Positions 58,424 to 64,000 of a stretch of DNA of 64,000 nt are shown here, in pieces. The notes beneath the pieces were generated by a model. That model saw nothing but the letters and a program-made list of their open reading frames with translations. It was not told the DNA's origin and did no database searches. Numbering within the stretch: position 1 is the first letter of the stretch; every line of letters begins with the position of its first letter. The DNA is from an uncultured delta proteobacterium (GTDB lineage: Bacteria > Desulfobacterota > Desulfobacteria > Desulfobacterales > UBA2156): assembly GCA_963736855.1 (NCBI GenBank), contig CAVTQK010000015.1:416001-480000 (forward strand), written 5' to 3'. Made by a program: the position numbers and the translations under genes.

Positions 58424-60837
58424 GAATCCGAATTCCATTAGAGCCGTTCGGCATTAGGCTGGGCGGTGCCAATTTTATTCCCTGGGCTATCCTGGCGGGA
58501 CTGATCATCATTTACCCTATCATCCTTTATCCCAGCTTGGTGGTCACAGACGACCTGAATTATCAGATGGGGGATGTGGCCAGACGGGACATTAAATCCG
58601 ACGGCGATTTTTTCTTGGAAGACCCCCAGGCCACCGAATCGGCCCGTCAGAAAGCCGTCCATCAGGTCTTGACGGTCTATGATCACGACGTTGAAATGGC
58701 CTCCCGAATGAAGCGGCAGGTCCTTTCGGCCTTCGCTGCCATGCGTCAATCGATCAAGGAGAACCCGTCTGCCTTGGGCACCCATCCCAACCCGAAAGCC
58801 CCCCGCGGCTTGGGCGCGGAATCTTCGCCGCTCAAGGAATCCTCCTCCGATCTGATCCGAAAGATGGAATCCGAGTTCGAATCCAAAATCGGTATCCCGG
58901 TCTCCGAAAGTCAATTCCAGCTTCTCGTTAAAGAAGAGTTTCCCGAGGACATCGCCACCCGCATCGCCACCATCTTGAACCAGATTCTCGAAAACGGTGT
59001 CGTCGCGAATAAAGATCTTCTTTTAAGAGAATCAGAAAAAGAGATTATCCTCCGAACTTTGGGGTCCAGCACGGAAAAAACAATCTCCCAGTTGAAATCC
59101 TTTTACGGGAATGACCAAGCCAAGACCATGGTGACTGTTTTTGGGGAAACGGTCCTCAAGGATGCCAACCACGCCTTGAAGGCCCTGATTGTGGATTTTG
59201 CCCAAAAGCTCATCAAACCCAACATTACCCTGAACCGCCGCGAGAGCGAGGAACGCCGCCAAAAGGCCGCTGATGCCGTTGAGCCGGTGGTGCACCGGAT
59301 CAAAGCGGGTGAGATGCTTTTGCGGGAAGGGGAACGGGTCACGGAATTTCAGATGATGAAACTCAAAGCATTCCAGGACCGCTCCAGGAAGGAACGACTG
59401 CTGGCCACCAGCTTTGGGGCTGCTATGATGATGCTGTGTTTTCTCATGGTCCTCTATTTCCCCATCATATCCCCCCGGGAAGCTTTCCGGCGTCACCTGA
59501 ACCGGAACCTGCTTTTTACCGCCGCCATGCTCGTTCTTTTTCTTTTTATCGCCAAGGTTTCCGCTTCCCTCATAGACTCCTTCACTAAAAACAACCCCTT
59601 TGATCTGTCCCACACGACCCTGTACTTCGGCATGCCCCTGGCGGCCGGGTCCATGGCGGTATGTCTATTTCTGGGCATGGAAGTCGCCTTCCCTTTCGCC
59701 ATGGTCCTTTCCATCTCGGTGGCCGTCATGCTCCAAAACCGCATCGATCTCTTCATCTATTATTTTTTAAGCTCCGTCCTGGGCGCCCACTGGATCCGAT
59801 ACTGTCGAGAACGGAAGGTCTTTATCAAGGCCGGTTTGAAACTGGGCATGCTCAACATCCTCCTCGTTACAGCCATCGATATCTATCTGGGAACCTTTAT
59901 CGGGGTCCACACTTTATGGGATTGGGGATTTGCCTTCCAGGCCGGACTCGTGGCCGGGATGATCACCACCGGAATCGCCCCATTGATCGAGCTCGCTTTC
60001 GGGTATACCACGGACATCACTTTGCTGGAGCTGGCCAACTTCGATCAGCCCCTCCTCAGGCGATTGATGATCGAAGCGCCGGGGACCTACCACCATTCGG
60101 TCATCGTAGGATCTCTGGTGGAAGCCGCTGCCGCCGATATCGGCGCCAACCCGCTTCTGGCCAAGGTGTGCGGCTACTACCATGACATCGGCAAGCTCAA
60201 GCAGCCCCTCTATTTCATAGAAAACCAGATCGATGGAAAGAACCGGCATGACAAGCTGGCACCTTCCATGTCGAGCCTGATCCTGATCTCTCACATCAAG
60301 GCCGGTGTAGAGCTGGCTCGGCAGAACAAGTTGGGACAAGCCATCATCGACACCATCCAACAGCACCATGGAACCAGCATCATTAGCTATTTTTACGAAA
60401 AATCCAAACAGCAAAAGGGAGAAGACACCGTCAAGATCAACGATTTCCGGTACCCGGGCCCAAAACCCCAGACCCGGGAAGCCGGGCTGGTCATGCTGGC
60501 CGATGTGGTGGAAGCGGCGTCGCGAACTTTGCAGAACCCCACCCCGTCCCGGATCCAGGGATTGGTCCAAAACCTGATTAACAAGGTCTTTTCCGACGGG
60601 CAACTCGACAATTGTGAGCTCACCCTCCGCGACCTGCACAGCATCGCCAAAAGCTTCAACAAGATCCTCACCGGCATCCATCATCACCGGGTGGAGTATC
60701 CAGAAAGCCCGTCGGGTACAAACGGAAAGGAAAGAGATGGCGGTCTTGATCGACAACCGCTGCACGCGGTCGGCAATCCCCCGAGCCCGGATAAAAACGG
60801 CGGCACAGGCCGCCTTAGACGCCTTGGGCTCCCCTGA
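58420..60837 (+). CDS. 7TM-HD phosphohydrolase (PgpH-like c-di-AMP phosphodiesterase)
   Basis: Large extracytoplasmic domain, 7 TM, APGTYHHS, YYHDIGK, QHHGT, FRYPGPKP, LADVVEAA. Confidence 0.92.
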   Translation: MRIRIPLEPFGIRLGGANFIPWAILAGLIIIYPIILYPSLVVTDDLNYQMGDVARRDIKSDGDFFLEDPQATESARQKAVHQVLTVYDHDVEMASRMKRQVLSAFAAMRQSIKENPSALGTHPNPKAPRGLGAESSPLKESSSDLIRKMESEFESKIGIPVSESQFQLLVKEEFPEDIATRIATILNQILENGVVANKDLLLRESEKEIILRTLGSSTEKTISQLKSFYGNDQAKTMVTVFGETVLKDANHALKALIVDFAQKLIKPNITLNRRESEERRQKAADAVEPVVHRIKAGEMLLREGERVTEFQMMKLKAFQDRSRKERLLATSFGAAMMMLCFLMVLYFPIISPREAFRRHLNRNLLFTAAMLVLFLFIAKVSASLIDSFTKNNPFDLSHTTLYFGMPLAAGSMAVCLFLGMEVAFPFAMVLSISVAVMLQNRIDLFIYYFLSSVLGAHWIRYCRERKVFIKAGLKLGMLNILLVTAIDIYLGTFIGVHTLWDWGFAFQAGLVAGMITTGIAPLIELAFGYTTDITLLELANFDQPLLRRLMIEAPGTYHHSVIVGSLVEAAAADIGANPLLAKVCGYYHDIGKLKQPLYFIENQIDGKNRHDKLAPSMSSLILISHIKAGVELARQNKLGQAIIDTIQQHHGTSIISYFYEKSKQQKGEDTVKINDFRYPGPKPQTREAGLVMLADVVEAASRTLQNPTPSRIQGLVQNLINKVFSDGQLDNCELTLRDLHSIAKSFNKILTGIHHHRVEYPESPSGTNGKERDGGLDRQPLHAVGNPPSPDKNGGTGRLRRLGLP

Positions 60838-61180
60838 CGGGGAACTCTCCGTCGTCATCCTCGACGATGTCGGGATCGCCGCCCTAAATCAAGCCTATCT
60901 GAACCGACCGGGGCCCACCAATGTCATCGCCTTTCCCATGCGCGAAGGTCCCTTCTCGGATATCGCCCCCGACCTTTTAGGGGATGTAGTGATCTCCATG
61001 GATACTGCCGAAAGAGAAGCCAAACAGGCGGGGATGCCCTTCGAAACCCGTTTCATGGAACTCTTGGTCCACGGCATCCTGCATCTCTTCGGATTTGAAC
61101 ACGAAACCGATCCGGAGGAAGCCGGGCGGATGGAACAAAAAAGCATGGAAATCCTGGTGCGCATCCGGGTAAAAGCTTAA
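60737..61180 (+). CDS. ybeY: rRNA maturation endoribonuclease
   Basis: LN..Y...PTNVIAF, LGDVVIS, HGILHLFGFEH. Confidence 0.94.
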   Translation: MAVLIDNRCTRSAIPRARIKTAAQAALDALGSPDGELSVVILDDVGIAALNQAYLNRPGPTNVIAFPMREGPFSDIAPDLLGDVVISMDTAEREAKQAGMPFETRFMELLVHGILHLFGFEHETDPEEAGRMEQKSMEILVRIRVKA

Positions 61181-61216
61181 AAATCCTTGATAATTTTTTA
61201 GTGTAATTAACTATCA

Positions 61217-62109
61217 GATAAAGTAACATTTTTTCTGTAAATTGGTACAGCGGATCATTTCTCCTCAGCGTTCAGGTATATTTTCCCAGTTTCCCGCTCC
61301 TCACTAATTTCCATCAAGATTGCGCTCACCAGGCAAATGAGTGAGTCCTCATGTTTGTGGTATGCATTCGACACTGATGACTTCGGGGCAAATTAAGCAC
61401 CGCAAAGCCTTACGGCAGATTGTCCAGCCTCCAAGTCGACAAGCGGCAGGCGCTGTTTTGATATTTCTTAACCGTCAGATCCGGCAGGCGTTAGCCCTCT
61501 TGGCGGTCCGGGGCATTGAAGATCACACGAATGTTTTCGGCCACCTGAGGCCTCATGTCCATCTTGGGAACATGGGCCGAGGCGTTTCGTTGCAGATGCA
61601 AAAACAGACACCAATGGATTTCGGTCTCGCTCAACAATACGTCCACCCCCAGCAGCGTCCGGCGACCATCGGCCCGGATTCCCGAGGCCATCAACACCGC
61701 GCAACTCATTACCGTGCTGTCTTGACGGATATTCTTATAGCACGCATTGAGCACCAAATAGGCAATACTGCCGATAGCCCGGCTGCGCTCGACTTTCATC
61801 GCCTTATTGAACGATAGCGACAACACCGATTACAAACCGTCTAAGCCATGATGGATCACCTCTTCCAATACCTGTGAAATTGGCGTTTGATGCGATTGGT
61901 GGGTCATTTCAGCCCCTCCTTTATTAGGTTTTTACAATTCTTTAGAATACTGACTTGATCCACCATGTTCAAGGCCGATCTGTACATTGTACAACAGCCT
62001 TGCAACCCCACCGGCGATCCGAATCGGAAGGATTTCTGGGTATCCCCCCGAACCGTATCACCTTTCACCGGGCTCATTAGTCAATTTACAGAAAAAAGGT
62101 TACACTAAC
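61217..62109 (-). mobile_element. Internally deleted, decayed IS256-family element (893 bp)
   Basis: Terminal inverted repeats GATAAAGTAACATTTTTTCTGTAAATT (61217-61243) and AATTTACAGAAAAAAGGTTACACTAAC (62083-62109) enclose transposase fragments. Confidence 0.88.
61340..61907 (-). pseudogene. IS256 transposase pseudogene
   Basis: MTHQSHQ..FNKAMKVER fused to YLVLNACYKNIRQD..AVLMASGIRADGRRTLLG..ETEIHW, then HLQRN..IFNAPD and RMHTTN; in-frame TAA, frameshifts, first catalytic Asp reads Asn. Confidence 0.85.
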
Positions 62110-62147
62110 GTCCATTCTGCTTGATATCACTCTATTTGCCTCCTATT

Positions 62148-62188
62148 TTACATAACTAATTCGGAGATAATTCGAATTAGTTATGTAA
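62148..62188. repeat. Perfect 16-bp inverted repeat with 9-bp spacer
   Basis: TTACATAACTAATTCG-GAGATAATT-CGAATTAGTTATGTAA. Confidence 0.9.
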
Positions 62189-62465
62189 TGTTTTTAAGAA
62201 AATATTTTCTTGCTAAAGCTGTTCAGGCTTGATACATAGCAGCCCGCTCGAAGGAACGGTTGAAAGCAGACCATCAGTAAGGCTGTGAAAAGGATATTCG
62301 ACGGATATCGTCGTCAGGATTCCATAGGGGACAAAGGGTAAAGATCCGGGGCCGGATCTGCCCCGGGAAGAGTGCTCTCAAAGTACAAACAAATGCCCAG
62401 GAGAGCAGGGTATTAATTTAGTAACCGCCGTTAAGGCAAGAAGACTCAGAAGGAGGAAGGAAGAA

Positions 62466-62893
62466 ATGAAAAAAGTTATCTCGATGTTGGTGATCGCTGC
62501 ATTTTTGGTAGCGCCTGCGCTTGTTGCTGCTCAGCAGGCTAAGCCTGCCACTCCCGCCGCTGCCCGCCAGCGCCTACAGCGCCTGCTGCGACCGTTGCGC
62601 CTGCTGCTCCCGCCGCGCCCGCCGCGCCTGCTGCGACCGCCGCGCCTGCAAAGGCCGCTGAGGTCACAGCGAAGAAGGTGGAGCCCGTCACGCTGACCGG
62701 TGTGGTGAAAGAGGTCAAGGATGATAAGGGCAAGGTCACCGGCTACGCCCTCAAGACCGAGACCGAGACCTGTGGAATGAAAGGCGAGAAAATTGCTGCC
62801 ATGTTAGGAAAGAAGGTAGAGGCAACCGGCACTATCGCTACGGTGCAGGACAAGAAGGTTCTGACCGTGGAAAAAATGAAGGAAGTTAAATAA
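62466..62893 (+). CDS. Exported Ala/Pro-rich protein with a C-terminal OB-fold-like domain; frameshift near 62564
   Basis: AGGAGG RBS, signal peptide MKKVISMLVIAAFLVAPALVAA; adding one base joins PATPAAA to PPAPTAPAATVAPAAPAAPAAPAATAAPAKAA..VTLTGVVKEV..GKKVEATGTI..LTVEK. Confidence 0.8.
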
Positions 62894-62922
62894 CGGTTGT
62901 TCTTGCCTGATCAAGTGAGAAA

Positions 62923-62954
62923 AGGGGGGCGAAATGCCCCCCTCTTCATTTTTT
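62923..62954 (+). terminator. Intrinsic terminator
   Basis: AGGGGGGC-GAAAT-GCCCCCCT followed by CTTCATTTTTT. Confidence 0.85.
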
Positions 62955-63052
62955 GTTCTTAAAAAGCCCGCCGAGTTCCCACCTTTGGTTTCCGTCAGGA
63001 TTGCTCATCGTAAACGCATTCGAAGGCCTTGGTGATTCTCTGTGCATTCATC

Positions 63053-63481
63053 CTATTTCTCTTCGGGGATAACCGGGGCGAAGGAATAGGGGACATGGAG
63101 CGTTATCCCGTCATCGTCTTCTCCCGGGTTGAAGCGATAAGTCAAGGGGAAGGATCTTTCATCCAGGAAGAGGGTGTCGGGAAATTCGGAAAGCCTTTCC
63201 GCACTCGGGACATAGTTGACCAGATCCTCGATGGTCATGCGCAAAAAAGAATCCGACTCTATTTCGAGGATCAGTTTTTTCAGGGATTTCGGATCAAACA
63301 CCCTCTTCAGGCGTTCTGAATAAAATGAGAAGATCTCTGAGTCTGAGACTTTGATATCGCGCCGTCGAAGCTTGTGTTCCAGGTTCTCCACGTGTTGGAT
63401 CCGCTCCCGATTGTGCATCAGAAACGGGAGGGTATATTTCATATTTCCGGCCATAATGGCATCCCGGATGACGTGGTCCAT
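63053..63481 (-). pseudogene. Isolated fragment of the HrpA helicase C-terminal region (DUF3418-like)
   Basis: FLMHNRERIQHVENLEHKLRRRDI..IFSFY, FPD..LTYRFNPGEDDDGITLHVP; no helicase core upstream, ends early. Confidence 0.75.
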
Positions 63482-64000
63482 CTTGCCTGGAATTTTTCAT
63501 ATAGAGGTACTTTATGGGACGATATTGGTAGGTGCTTCGGCAGGTATGAGGCCGGTCCGTGGAGAGTCTGTGGGATTTGAGCCCGAAAAGGACAAAACTG
63601 GGCAATTTGAGTCTTGACCGCCATGATTGAGCGGAGTAGGGCTCACTATGTGTTTTAGAGTCAAAGCCATTAACTTAGGTGCATGGTTTATAAGCAAGGC
63701 AGAATTTTCTGGATGACAACCGGTGTTTATGCGGGTATTTTCTTTCTGGACGGATGGGTTCTGTGGTTTTTTGAAAAACGGTAAAAAGTGCATTGATCAT
63801 GATTTGGGCTTTTATTTTAGATCGGTGGAACAGCAGGATTAAGACATTCTGGATTAGGGAAATGGCCTGGGTGAAATTGACCCGGTAATCGTGTTGTCGC
63901 GTATCCAGGGTAACCCAGGGGGACAGCAATTGAATTTACAGTCGTCGTACTTTACGAAAAACGAGTTCCGATCACTCTATGAGTCGCTCACCGTCGGATT

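Noticed and set aside
59914..60858. Long antisense ORFs (also 49846-50637, 42218-42964, 9150-9782, 10365-11012)
   Set aside because: Shadows of well-supported genes on the opposite strand, with no motifs or RBS
61341..61817. 158-aa plus-strand ORF inside the IS
   Set aside because: Antisense shadow of the decayed transposase
61205..62120. Target-site duplication around the IS256 remnant
   Set aside because: Flanks (TAACTATCA vs GTCCATTCT) do not match
62240..62465. c-di-GMP-I (GEMM) riboswitch
   Set aside because: Lacks the GGCAAAC...GAAA...GGACGCAAAGC core
1..64000. Stop-codon recoding (Sec/Pyl or alternative code)
   Set aside because: Recognised genes end at expected family lengths with standard stops; the breaks seen in otherwise intact genes are frameshifts, and in-frame stops occur only in decayed regions

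Overview
Mostly core chromosome of a Gram-negative bacterium, inferred from gene content and order to be a Desulfobacterota/deltaproteobacterium: split atpZ-atpI-atpB F0 operon, lpxI, yloC-remA-gmk and phoH-pgpH-ybeY. Layout: (1) 1-8.1 kb, minus-strand housekeeping genes. (2) 8.4-18.4 kb, a plus-strand accessory block inserted between trm112 and the LPS cluster. It encodes an NtrC-like activator whose phospho-acceptor Asp is replaced by Glu. A UAS/IHF/sigma-54 promoter then precedes a Cache histidine kinase, three stand-alone receiver proteins, a TauE-family transporter, a partner membrane protein, an 884-aa PEP-synthase-like protein with a non-canonical C-terminus, and a DUF2892 gene. This is the best candidate for an uncharacterised system. 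(3) 18.4-51.3 kb, a very large LPS/outer-membrane cluster with core glycosyltransferases, lpx genes, lptFG, msbA, skp, bamA, lolDE and lysS. It includes a GnnA-like oxidoreductase and a PAP2 + polyprenyl-P-sugar synthase + GT-C trio, which together predict an unusual lipid A. (4) 51.6-61.2 kb, housekeeping genes. (5) 61.2-64 kb, an internally deleted IS256 with intact terminal repeats, a perfect 16-bp inverted repeat, a GGA-rich leader upstream of an Ala/Pro-rich exported protein, and an orphan HrpA fragment. Several intergenic gaps hold degenerate 7-, 8- and 9-nt tandem arrays. Single-base frameshifts in atpZ, msbA and the Ala/Pro protein suggest uncorrected indel errors in the assembly. No rRNA, tRNA or CRISPR array was recognised. 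All calls are from motif reading by eye; no searches were run.
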